Shown in pieces: positions 1 through 11,666 of a stretch of DNA of 64,000 bases. How positions within the stretch are numbered: position 1 is the stretch's first letter; each line of letters opens with the position of its first letter. Under the pieces are notes generated by a model that saw nothing but the letters and a program-made list of their open reading frames with translations, had not been told where the DNA came from and did not search any database. The DNA lies in the NCBI GenBank assembly GCA_017499595.2, contig CM039000.1:62001-126000 (forward strand), written 5' to 3'. The position numbers and the translations under genes were made by a program. Origin of the DNA: Psilocybe cubensis. Taxonomy: Eukaryota.

Positions 1-119
1 GCAACAGGACCAGCAAAAGAAAATATAATATTTGCGAGAAAAAGAGACAGACCACACAAAGCAAAGCAGAAATCACACAACGCAGAAACCACGCAACGCA
101 GAACCTTCAAAGCAACCTA

Positions 120-700
120 GCTTCAGGGTTCAACGTTCGATGGTCGACAGTCGATGGATATTCAACTTCAGGCCGAACCATGCAAAGCAAAGCAAAGCTG
201 AACCACGCAAAACAGACCACACAACGCAAAGCAGAAATCACACAAAGCAAAGGAGAAACCACACAACGCAGAACCTTCAAAGCAACCTTCAAAGCAAAAC
301 CACGCAAAACCACGCAAAACCACGCAAAACCACGCAAAGCAGCGCAAACTAACCAAAAAAATAACGCTACATTCAAATTCAACCCAACTGAACAACAACA
401 ACAAATCTAGCACTAGCACGCCCATAGCACACTTGGACACTTGGAGACTGAGGTGCGGTGCGGTGCGGTGCGAGGGGGTAAGTAATATACATATACAAAT
501 ACATACATGGATAGGTGATTAAACAGGGATAGGTATGTGTATGTGTATGTGGGAGATGGTCCAGGGATGGCTATGCTATGCTACAGATTTCAGAGATCAG
601 AGATCAGACGATATATCAGACGGACGTCCGACGAGACGAGGGGAGGGAGTTGGGAGTGTGGGGTTGAGGGTGTGGGGTAGAGCAGGAGACGAGACAAGGG
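120..700. repeat. Left arm of a diverged inverted repeat (partner ~5830-6490), rich in short tandem motifs
   Basis: Blocks such as GGATAGGTGATTAAACAGG, GGGATGGCTATGCTATGCTACAGATTTCAGA and (GCAAAACCAC)n are reverse complements of CCTGTTTAATCACCTATC, TCTGAAATCTGTAGCATAGCATAGCCATCCC and (GTGGTTTTGC)-like arrays at 5830-6490. The blocks occur in mirrored order. Boundaries are approximate. Confidence 0.85.
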
Positions 701-1199
701 GTAGGGTAGGGTAGGGTAGGTATAGGTGTAGTCGTGGTGTTACCGAATCTCACCATACCAGTGAGTCGAGTCGCGGGACGAGACGAGACCAGACCAGACG
801 AAAGGAGGAATCCAGAGAGTCCAGACAGAACGACGAGATAGAATACAAAACGACGTATACACACACACACACACACGCACACACACACACGCACCGTGGG
901 TACCCGTCCAGCTCCCAAGCACCGTTCCCAAGCACCGTTCCAAACCAACTGACCGTCTACAACGCGACTCTTTGAATTTTTCAACCTATCATCGCACCAC
1001 CGCGCACCGTTCGCAGTACGCGTACGAGTTGCCAATAGCAAGTGGATCGAATGGGATGGAGTTGGAGTCGCAGTTGTCGATGTAGTTGTAATTGGGGGGT
1101 GGGGGATATGAGTATGTATAGCGCTGCAAAGCCAGCCAGAACCAGACGAGACAAGCCGATACGACATCGCATAACCGACTTATACCCAAGTAAACCCCG

Positions 1200-2365
1200 A
1201 CCCCCTCCAAACTCAAACTTAACCTCAAGCTCAACCTCCAACGACACCGCACGGCTCGGGACAATCACTCACATCCCTGAACGCCCAACAGCACAACGCC
1301 CAACAGCCCAAAAGCCCAACGACCCAGCCACACCGCCAATGTCATATTCACAGGACAGAACGCAGACACGCGCAGCACAGAACGCAGAACGCAGACACGA
1401 ACGCTAGTTCAGAACGTCTGGCATAGGATTCAGATTCTGATGCGTATGTACGACATCACGGTGTGCGTTATGAGTATGCGTGTATTGTGCCGGGTGGCGG
1501 GTGGCTGGTGGCGGGGGTTGGTGGCTGGCAAAGGTGTCGGATAAGGTGCGATAGGGTATCATTGGCAGGATGAGATGGATCAAGGGGGCGGTGATAAGAT
1601 AACGCGAGCGAGTGAGTGAGTAGAGCGTTACACGAGGCACGGGAACCGAATGCGCAGATGCCAGATAGCACATACCCCTTCAAGTTCCAAGTTCCAATTC
1701 CAAAGGACAAGAACAAGAACAAGGGAGAAATCGCGTACATCCTCCCAGAACAACCCTCCCCTCCCCTCTCCAAGCTTAATATCAAACTTAACACCATCGC
1801 TCACATCCCTGAACGCCCAAAAGCCCAACAGCCCAACGACCCAACAACCCAAAAGCCCAAAAGCCCAACGACCCAGCCACACCGCCAATACTGATATTCG
1901 CAGGACAGAACGCAGACGCGCGCCGCACAGAACGCAGAAACGCAGAAACGCAGACCCTCGCCGCACAGAACGCTAGTTCAGAACCCAGTACTTGGCGCAG
2001 CGCGGGGCGAGTTCAGACTGCGGCGTGCGGCGTGCGGCGTGTGTACGCGCGTTATGAGTATGCGTGTGTACGTGCGTTATGGATATGCGTGTATTGTGGC
2101 GTGTGGCGGGGGATGGTATCGGATAAGGTGCAAGGTGCGATGGGTTATCACTATCAGTGCGAGCATTGGGATGGATCATGATGCCCGCGAGATGGGGGCG
2201 GTGATAAGATAAAGCAATCGAGTGACTGAGTGACGAGTGAGAGAGAGGACCGTTACACGAAGCACGGGAACCGAATGACAGTTGAGCACATACATACCCC
2301 TTCCAATTCCAAAGAACAAGAACAAGGGACAAAATCACGTACACCCTCTTCCTCCCAGAACCGCC
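1200..2365. repeat. Diverged tandem duplication of a ~550-600 bp unit upstream of the HMG gene
   Basis: CTCACATCCCTGAACGCCCAA, GACCCAGCCACACCGCCAAT, GAACGCTAGTTCAGAAC, GGGGCGGTGATAAGATAA, GCACGGGAACCGAATG and GAACAAGAACAAGGGA each occur twice in the same order (copy 1 ~1200-1755, copy 2 ~1765-2365). Confidence 0.85.
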
Positions 2366-2993
2366 GAACCCAGAACTCGCAAGCGCGCTCGCAGATAACT
2401 TTATCCACCCAGCCACCCAGACCAGACCCGTAAACGAATAAACGAATACGAATAAACGAATGCCCCAAACAAACGAACGTCCAAAACCGGCTCAATACCA
2501 CCACGCGCGCGAAGACATCAGAATCCACGCTAAATGAAAAAGAATTCGGAGGGGGGGAACAAGGGGAGTATCTTATTTGGGACGATGTCACGGTGGATCA
2601 GGTGGGAGTCGGGCGCAGAGTGGGAAACAGATCAACTTGGACCCCGGAGTGCGTTTATGTGCACCTTCAGAGATCCTCTATGTGTAGTGAATACAGTGAG
2701 ATGGTTTTCGAGGATGTAGTAAAGAGTTGTTGTATAATATCAGAGTGGTTGAACAGCGCTGTTGCCAGGGAGGGAGGGAGGGAGCCTGGAGTGTGAAAGG
2801 GAACTGGAAGCGGGGAAGGAGAGTCCGGGGTCCTATGCCAGTTGGACTAGTTCTGATTTTGATGGGGAGAAGACAGATAGATGTCAGTATAAGAAGCCCA
2901 AAAACAACAACCACTCTTTCCGTCCGCCCCTCCCACCCATTCCCTTTCACAACCCACTTTCCCCTTTCCCTACACACAACCACAAACGACAGA

Positions 2994-5497
2994 ATGCCCG
3001 CCCACCGCCTCGCGAACCGCCGCCGCCGCTCCTCGCACGCCCTCCTCGGCTTCACCCCCGCCAAACCCGGCATCTACGGGTTCACTCCCACCGCGCGCCC
3101 CGTACCCGTCACATTCGCACCGAACGTCACACCCATCTCATACACCTCCGCGGACCCCGACGACGACGCCGACCCATCCAGCCCTCTCTCCTCCTACGCA
3201 CTCGCCGCTGCCCTCGGGAACCCCTCCGCGTCCGGTCTGCTAACCTCGAAACTTTTCCCACCGAGCGCGACGCCCGCGCCGCCCCCGACGAGGAAGAGGT
3301 GTCCGCCGGGCAAGAGACGGAGTCAGGGGTACATCCCGCGCCCGCCCAACGCGTTCATGCTCTTCCGCGCGGACTTTGTAAGGCAGAAACACGTCCCGGG
3401 GAGCATCGAGACGAACCACGGGAGTCTCTCCAAGATCATCGGTGCGTATCTCTCTCTCTCTCCGCATCCATCGTAATTGCCGTGGCTGATTATAAGGTGA
3501 CAGGGACATGCTGGCGCCAGCTCCCTCTCGAGGAGAAGCGTGTGTGGGAGTTGAAAGCCAAACAGGAAAAAGCAGCGCACAAAGCCATGTTCCCCGACTA
3601 CCGCTTCCGCCCCGTGCACAACAAGAACAAACACGCCAACGCCTCCTCCTCCTCCTCTTCCACCTCTCCCGGTACTACCACCAGCGACGAGTCCAGACGT
3701 AAGGAGAAACAGCCGACGACGGAGGAGGATGAGCGGCGGTGCGACGAAGTCGCTGCTTTACTCTTAGAAGGCAAGAAAGGCGAGGAGCTCGCGCGGGCTG
3801 TGCGCGATCTCGATCGTCAGCGCGAGGAAGAGGAACGCGAGCGCGAGTTAAGGGAGATGGAAGAATACGACCTCGACGTCGACCTCGGAACCGACGACCT
3901 CCCACTCCCCACACCGCACGACGACGGATCAGCCGCACTCCGCATGCCCGCTCCATCCTTCATCGACCCCTTCGCAAACTCGCAATTCGCATCGAATACA
4001 CATATGTACCTTCCTAATGCCACCTCTTTCCTCCCTCCCCCTCCTCCAAACGCGATGTACCACCGCCGCTCATCGTCCGTCCCGCTCCCGAACGACTGGC
4101 ACCCACACAACTTTTCCCAATTCAGCACTTTCACACAGGGCACCAATGCCAGTACCAGTTCCGGAATCGCACTGCCCACGCTCCCAGCGTTCACGTCGCT
4201 CTCGCGCCCTGTGTCGCCCGTAGGGTCGATTGCTCGTTTCACCACGCAGACGCAGTTCACCAACCCTTTCTCGTCATCTCACAACGCGAACACGAACGGG
4301 AACGGGAATGGCGAATACGAGTTCCTCCCCATTCCGGAATTCACACCCGCCGGCTCATCCTTCCCATCCACCGCCCCCTCCTCATCTTGCTCCTCCTCCT
4401 CTCCCCACTCAATCCCCCCCTACACACCCACAACACAAATCCACCACCCACAACCAACCCCCCTCCCCCTTCTCCCATTCATGACCCAAACAACGCCGCG
4501 CTCGTCGTTAGGTCTTGGCCAGAGGAGAGCGAGTTCGGCGCAGGGTGTGTTGATGCGGGGGTGGAGTATGCCTTTGGGGTCGATGGGGGGGATGGGTTCT
4601 ATGGGTGGTGTCAATGGGATGGGCGGGATGAACGGGATGAACGGGATGGGATACGAACAGGCCGGATCGTTCATGCACGATAACGTATTCGACTACTCTA
4701 TGGACTTCTCCATGCCCTTGAACATGCCCATGGATATGTCTATGAATATGAATATGGGAATGGGAATGGGAGTGGGTGCAGTCCAGCGCGACCCCAGCCC
4801 CTTACCGGACGTCGAATCCGGTCTCTTCTCCGACTTCTCCTTTGGCTCATCAACCTCCTCATCTTCATCCAACTCCACTGTGCCTGCCTCCTCCACCACC
4901 TCGCCTTCTTCCCATCCCTCTTCCGCGTCGCTCTCCTCTGCGTCTTTTCCCTCCCTCTCCTCAAGCACCCCAGCATCCACATCCACAAGCACAAGCACAG
5001 GCGGTGCCTCCCCCCACGCCCACGCCCACACACACTCAACCTCCCTCTCAAAACTGACAACCGAATTCTCCTTCTCACCCACCGAGCTCCCGCCCGACTC
5101 TGCGCTTTCTCCATCCCCCTCACCATCGTCCTCTTCCGCGAGCTCGCCGTTGAGTGCGGGCGGCGCACTACTTCCCGAGACGCCTTCGACGGGTGTCCCA
5201 CCGGCGTCGGTGCAGGATGTTGAACAAGAACACCCCGTAGACGCCACCGCCGCCACAGCCTCCAGCGCCGACTCTAACGCCCAGGCTGGCACCGAAGCCG
5301 AAGCAGATAGAGGAAGACTCCCAAGCCTCGATATATCCGCGTATATGCACCTCGATGCCCATCTCGACGTGGATGGGCTGTACGCCGGGGATGCGTACGG
5401 GTTTGATGGGCACTGGGGTGTGGATCCGGTGGATAAGCGGAGTGGTGCCGAGAGTGTTGGTGTGAGTGGGGGAGGGGCGGAGTTTGCTTGTGCGTAA
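2994..5497 (+). CDS. HMG-box transcription factor (MATA_HMG/Rox1-like box); exons 2994-3441 and 3504-5497
   Basis: Splicing the 62 bp GTGCGT...GACAG intron (3442-3503) joins YIPRPPNAFMLFRADFVRQKHVPGSIETNHGSLSKIIG to TCWRQLPLEEKRVWELKAKQEKAAHKAMFPDYRFRP, a complete HMG box. A long Ser/Pro/Met-Gly-rich low-complexity C-terminus follows. Confidence 0.92.
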
Positions 5498-5829
5498 GTG
5501 TACGCTGTGGCTAGCGTAGCGATGGCATGAGTGCACGCATTCGCGTTCCACATTGCCGCCGTCTCCGTCTCCGTCTCTCAACTCTCAACTCAACTCTCAA
5601 CTCTCATTTTAAAACGAACCTCACGATAACCTTTCCATTTTCTCTCTCCGTTTTTTTTTTTCTTTTCATTTCATTTCCACTTCTTTCCACTTTTTCTTTT
5701 TTTCTTCCTGTTCTCAAGTCCAAGTCTAATCACACCCGCCCGCTCACACTGCTCGTATCGTATCGTATCGTATAAACTGTAGCCTTACCTCTCGCTTTCG
5801 CTTTCGATTTCTTTTTCTTCTCTTGTCTC

Positions 5830-6482
5830 GTCATCGTCATCGTCTCGTCTCGTCCTCATCTCCTGCTCTACACCATACCCACACCCCTAACACTCAACCC
5901 CCTCCCATCGTCCGCCGTCCGCCGTCTGAATCTGATATACCGTCTGATGTCTAGTTTGAAATCTCTTCTGAAATCTGTAGCATAGCATAGCCATCCCATC
6001 TCGCACATACACATACACATACACATACCTATACCTGTTTAATCACCTATCACCTATCCATGTATGTATATCACTCTCTTCGCACCTCAGTGTCCTAGTG
6101 ATGCAGCTGTGCTAGATTTGTTGTTTAGTTGGTTGGGTTGAATTTAAATGTAGCTTTATTGTTGGTTTATTTTATGTTGCGCTGTGTTGCGTGGTCTGTT
6201 TTGCGTGGTTTGAGTGGTCTGTTTTGCGTGGTTTGCGTGGTCTGTTTTGCGTGGTTTGCGTGGTCTGTTTTGCGTGGTTTGCGTGGTCTGTTTTGAAGGT
6301 TGCTTTTCTTTGAAGGGTGCTTTAAAGGTTGCGTTGCGTTGCGTTGCGTGGTCTGTTTTGCGTGGTTCTGCGTTGTGTGGTTCTTCTTTGCTTAGCGTGG
6401 CTTCTTCTTTGCTTAGCGTGGTTTCTGCTTTGCTTTGCGCGTTGTCTGCATGACCGTCGAACATCGAACGTCGACCTTCCTG

Positions 6483-6490
<8 letters not shown>
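5830..6490. repeat. Right arm of the diverged inverted repeat flanking the HMG gene
   Basis: Reverse complement of ~120-700 (see left arm). Confidence 0.85.
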
Positions 6491-6554
<64 letters not shown>

Positions 6555-7033
6555 CAAGGTCAAAGCCTGAAGCTTGAAACTTGAAGTTTGAAACTTGAAG
6601 TCGAAGCCTGAAGCCTGAAATTCCACCAACATCCGAATTCCAAACTCTCAATTTCAATTCTGTTCTGCCAACATACCTTGATTTCAAGTTGGGGTTGAAC
6701 TTGACGTTAAAGTGGAAGTTGGGGTTGAAGTTGAAGTTGAAGTTGAAGTTGAAGTTGAAGTTGAAGTTGAAAGAGGCTGAAAGAGGCTGAAAGGGACCGA
6801 TACCAACAACCAACTTTCGAATTTTCTCGTTCGTTGAATCATCGAATCTACACCATGTCGTGTAGTACCGTGTCGCGCGCGGATCGGACTTGGGATTCGG
6901 GATTCGTGTCGTTCATCTCTTACTAAGTATTCCTTGGACTTTCGCCTTCAACTCGCAGTGAGAATATCGATGTCAATGTCGTTGTCGATGTCCCCGCGGA
7001 GTCCTGAGTCCTGAGTCCTGAGTCCTGAGTCTT
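6483..7033. repeat. Microsatellite cluster: (TCGAACA)10 at 6483-6552, (GTTGAA)8 at 6724-6771, (GAGTCCT)~5 at 6999-7033
   Basis: Read directly from the sequence. Confidence 0.95.
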
Positions 7034-8829
7034 GACATAACGCTGAACAATAAAATACCAGACTCCAAACATCGTCGACGTAGATGTCGAAACCCAGTCC
7101 CCATACCGGTATCCAGAGACGGGCGTTACTGTAACCGGTTCAAATGCTCAAAGGTAATGGCTCAATGCCTCAAACGCACAAAGGTTCAATGCCTCAAAGT
7201 CTTGAAGTCTCGAAGTCTCGAAGGCTAAAATGCTCAAAGGTTCAGAGGTTCAATTTAAAGAAGCGAATCCCGTACTAATACCTCTACTTTAACCTCGACC
7301 TCGACCGCCACATCAACCTCGACACATACAAAAGGCGAAAAAAGCACATACAGACACCAAACGCACACAAATTTAATAATTTATAATTTAGTAAATGTGC
7401 ATACACTCCAACACTCCGCCACGGACCCAGAGGACACGCGGACACACGGACCCAGACGACCCAGAAGACTCAGAGCGACGCTGTTAGATTACCTGCACGC
7501 CCCATACCCCACACCCCACGCCTGGAGACCTGAACTATACCATGCCATACACCATAAAAACAGAAAAATTTAAATTCGTACATGTCCAGCTCTCCTCGCA
7601 AGACACGTCACACCTCTACACCTCCCCAAAAAGCAAAAAAAAAAAAAAACAGCAGCACAGGGATAATTATAATACGAACATGTCATTGAACGCGAGCGGC
7701 CAGAGGTAAGTGGGGAACAGGCATTTTATAAAGGAATTATTCCTCAGCTCTTCAGCTCTTCAGTTTTCGGTATGTTCGTTACCCGCTACGGAGACGAAAG
7801 CGAAAACGGACGGATAAAAAGGCAAGCACAAGGCAGCCTCCGAGTCCGCTCTTCAATCACCGATGCCGAATGAGTGTCAATGAGACGAGTAAGGGGCGAT
7901 TGAGACGCAACCGACAACGCCAACGCCAACGACAACAACGTGGTGCGCGGTAGGCCTTCGAATTGTCCAATCTATTCCACTTCTACTTCCATCTTTTTTT
8001 GAGCGTAGCACGCATGTTCAACTTTTGCAGAAGAACGACTCGGATACGCGCAGTTACGTCGATAACTTGGCAAGGTGATTTGATTATTCTGATAGTTCCC
8101 CAAGCCAGAAACGATTCAGAATAAGTGTCGACGTCTTAGTGGATTGTAAAAATGTAGCAAGTTCGTCGATTTCTTCTACTAGCATGTCCGGTTCTCATTT
8201 GACTTCTTGAAATACTAGCTATTATCCCCTTCAAGTCCGACCACTATTTTATAACAAACATACAATCCAATTCAAGATCATCATCACTCTGACTTGTGCA
8301 ATTGTACTAAAAAACGTCGCACGCGGCACGGCGCTGGTATGACAAAATGTCATCTCTATTTCAACAACACCAGCACTGTATTCACATCCATTTAATTTCG
8401 ACCTGAACAAGAATATCCCAGAATAATCACCGAATGATCATGCGGACTCGGAATTCTGACTATCCCACCCGTCTTTCTCGCAATGGCTCTGATAAGATAG
8501 TCTCATAATTCTCATGGCCGACGTGTGCTGCGCATTTTGCATCTTGAACTTGAACTCACACCACAATTGAGGTTGTCCTCAATTCCTATCGCATGATCAT
8601 CCGCCGCTGCACAATGCGCACCCTTTACCACTGTGCTGAACATCATCACATGCGCACCATGCTATCTACCAGGTTACACGCCAAATCATACAAGTTGCAC
8701 GGTATGTAACATCCTCTACAACTTTCCCGTAGCAAGGTATACTAAATGAATGCCATACAAATGACAGAATATGCATCAAATACAAATACACCCCCAATCT
8801 CAATGTACTTTGATAACACGTAAGTAAAA

Positions 8830-9880
8830 AGTCCATGAAATGAATTAGAGCAGCATTAATCTAACTCTAGTCTCTCCATTTGCTGCCAAAGGCACTTTGT
8901 AGACTTTGGGCTCACTTGGTTCCAGGTTGAGCAGACCCAAAAAATGGTCAAGTTGCACCAACAACTTGAACAGGCTAGGTAGGACTGGCCATCCTAGCAT
9001 TTTTTTGACAAAACTGTAGACTAACACCACTGGACTGTGGAATCAAGGTTATTATCATTGGCTGAGGCCAAGATTACCGAGGCTGACCAGTAGCTTGACA
9101 TCAAAGCTATGCAACAGAAAGTTACACCCCAGTCCCACTTTCTTCAAGCAAGTCATTCAAGAATTCAATTTATCAGTTCCACCCAATCTAACAAATCAAT
9201 CATTTTACATCCATCCATCCACAGTCAATTTACTTTTCATTAACAAAGGATTTCATAGAAGATAGTCCCCCATATCCTCCAATGCATCTTCTCTCCCACA
9301 TTGAACAACACAAACCCGCTTCTATCCAGACATCCAGAACCTCTCTCTATCCTAACCTCCATTCCATTTATTACCACACTTTCCCCTTCAACGCCTTCCA
9401 ACCATCACCATTAGGAGTTTATCTATTAATCCAAGACATCTTTATCTCCATCAAACTCTTTTGAAGCAATCTCATTAGAGTCAAGCTTAGCCTTTCCCTC
9501 TCAATCCAGCTAATACTCCTGCAAAGGAGAAATTTCTATATTTTCTTACTAGTACTCAAATTTGAATCATGGGCAAGATCTCATATGAGAATTTGAATGT
9601 TAGAATCATTCATAGGGTTATGATACTACATTGTAAATAGATACTTGATGCCTTTAAATGTACATTTTATTGCTTGATATATAATTGAAGAGTATTACTG
9701 AGAACAATAACTAATCACATTGGACATAAAACTCCCCTAAGTCTGGAAACATAGAGTACATATATAGCTTGCAGTAGTAATGTTGTAATGCTACAGAGCT
9801 CAACAGAGCATCCCACCAATAATACATAATGTTATAACAGTCTATAGCCCACTTTGATGCTGCCCACTTTGATGCTACAC
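8830..9880. other. CpG-depleted, ORF-less segment; possible decayed transposon relic
   Basis: Only a handful of CG dinucleotides in ~1 kb, against CG-rich flanks. No recognisable protein motif or termini. Confidence 0.3.
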
Positions 9881-10344
9881 CCGGTTGGTGGGACACTATT
9901 TTGAGCTACCTCCAAAAATCCGGATTTACTGATATAATTAGCTGGCTCCAATCGCCTTCGTTTGAAGGCATTTACGGCATTAGATCGTTCGTTCAATCTC
10001 CGCTCAGAATTTGATCAATCCAATCATTAGACAAGGAAATGTCCCTGCCATTACCAGCCAAAGCAAACACAGAGAAGCGCACCATAACACGATCCATCAC
10101 TATGCCACTGCCCGTAACATACATTCCACTACATAAACATCCAGATATAGACGAGGTGGATGCTTAGCAACCATATTAATGTTCCGTGGAAGCTATTGGG
10201 AAGTATGCAGAAGCCGAAATAGAGATATAATTAATAATGATGCGCCAGCGCCTGACCGACCACAAATTCAATCCCCAGGAGATGATCATAATCCGAAATT
10301 GGAGAATCGAGCTGACATGCTTGTGAAAGCACGTAGGGCGCACT

Positions 10345-11666
10345 CTACGCCATAACATCCTCCCTTCGCGACTCTGCTATAAGGTCGATAATCGCGCCTT
10401 GATCTTCATCTCCATTTAATTCATCGACCATGGAGCCGCTCTCCGCACTGGTCCTGCTTTCCGGACTCGCAGATGCACTCTCGGCTTGAAATTGGGAGCC
10501 GTCTGAGTCGATACCACATATATGTGTAATAGTACTAGAAAAGTCTGCTTTGGCTGTATTGGCAATCGCAAGCCGTAAAACCATAACTGTCGGCGCAAAC
10601 CCCTAATCATTCTTCAATGCGGTCCATTGTGTCAGGTTAATTACAGGGCACACATACCGGAACGAAATTTAACGCGAGCGAAGTGTAGGCACTCATTTCA
10701 AACCACGGGGACTCTATCTCTCTGGAAAACCGTGTAACAGTATGAATCGCCAGCACCAACAAAACCAGTGAATAAACTGCCGACGATTCGATGATGGTAG
10801 TGATTATGTGCGTGTATTTGGATCGACCTATATGTCCAGAAGCAGTGTATATTCTCCAGCCAATAAGGAATGTTGCACAGGATGTCGTGGCTAGAGAGAC
10901 GAAAAATAGCGCCACTAAAATGTTGTCGTCCAATGTCATGTTTTTACCATTGGTAAGATCTGTAGAGAGAATATTGAGTACCGTAGCTGCGAAAGCCAAA
11001 ACTATCCAGATAAATGAGAGCTTTTTCATATACAAGAAACCCTTATACATACCCAACTCTGCAAAGAGGAGCAGAAGTGGAACTGCAATCATCCTCACGG
11101 ATTGACCCCAAACGTGGTAACACCTCCAGATCTGTTGCAAATGTTAGCGATAATTTCGACAAAATCTAAATTACAAACGAGAAGTGCATCAGAAATAACA
11201 AATATTATATTTTCGATTACGCTCGACAATGCAGAGATCCAAAGTGGAACCAAAAGTGACGACCAGAACATCGAATTCTTATTGCCTCCATTGAGAACCA
11301 AAGACCATGTCAAAGAATTCCACATAGACGCCGAGTTTAGAAACGTTAGCCAGTAGAGCGCAGAGATTCCTCCAAGAACAATCTTGCGGTGGTGACCCAC
11401 ATCTGATGACGCCTTTGAAACTGACGACCATATTAGCATCAATTTACAGCATGTAATGGACTTTTGTAGTCACATACGGTAGATGTATACCGTGATGCCG
11501 TACACCGCTGTGTATATACCTAATGAAATGGATTTATTCATGTTCACCAACCCAATAGAAATGGGAACCTGCCTATAAGCAAGTTGTAAAGCATTGAAGC
11601 ATTGAGGCTTCCTCTGATTGTGTAGTCTTCAATCCGAGCCGGAAATGATATGTTGGGGTGCAACAT
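10345..11666 (-). CDS. Multi-exon multi-pass membrane protein of unknown function
   Basis: ATG at 11666 (MLHPNISF...LNASMLYNLLIG), then exons reading IYTAVYGITVYIY, HRKIVLGGISALYWLTF...ISDALL, IWRCYHVWGQSVRMIAVPLLLLFAELG, IITTIIESSAVYSLVLL and a final exon ending at stop 10345. Short introns and several hydrophobic segments. Confidence 0.8.

Noticed and set aside
32-2720. Many short overlapping ORFs (also 6156-6813)
   Set aside because: They are translations of microsatellites and tandem repeats with no recognisable motifs or splice structure.
2762-2993. ORF track start of the 911 aa ORF at 2762
   Set aside because: The 5' part is in the wrong frame for the HMG box N-half. The real gene uses ATG 2994 in another frame and an intron at 3442-3503.
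6483-6771. Regular short repeats resembling a CRISPR array or telomere
   Set aside because: Head-to-tail 6-7 bp units without spacers, not TTAGGG, in a eukaryotic context.
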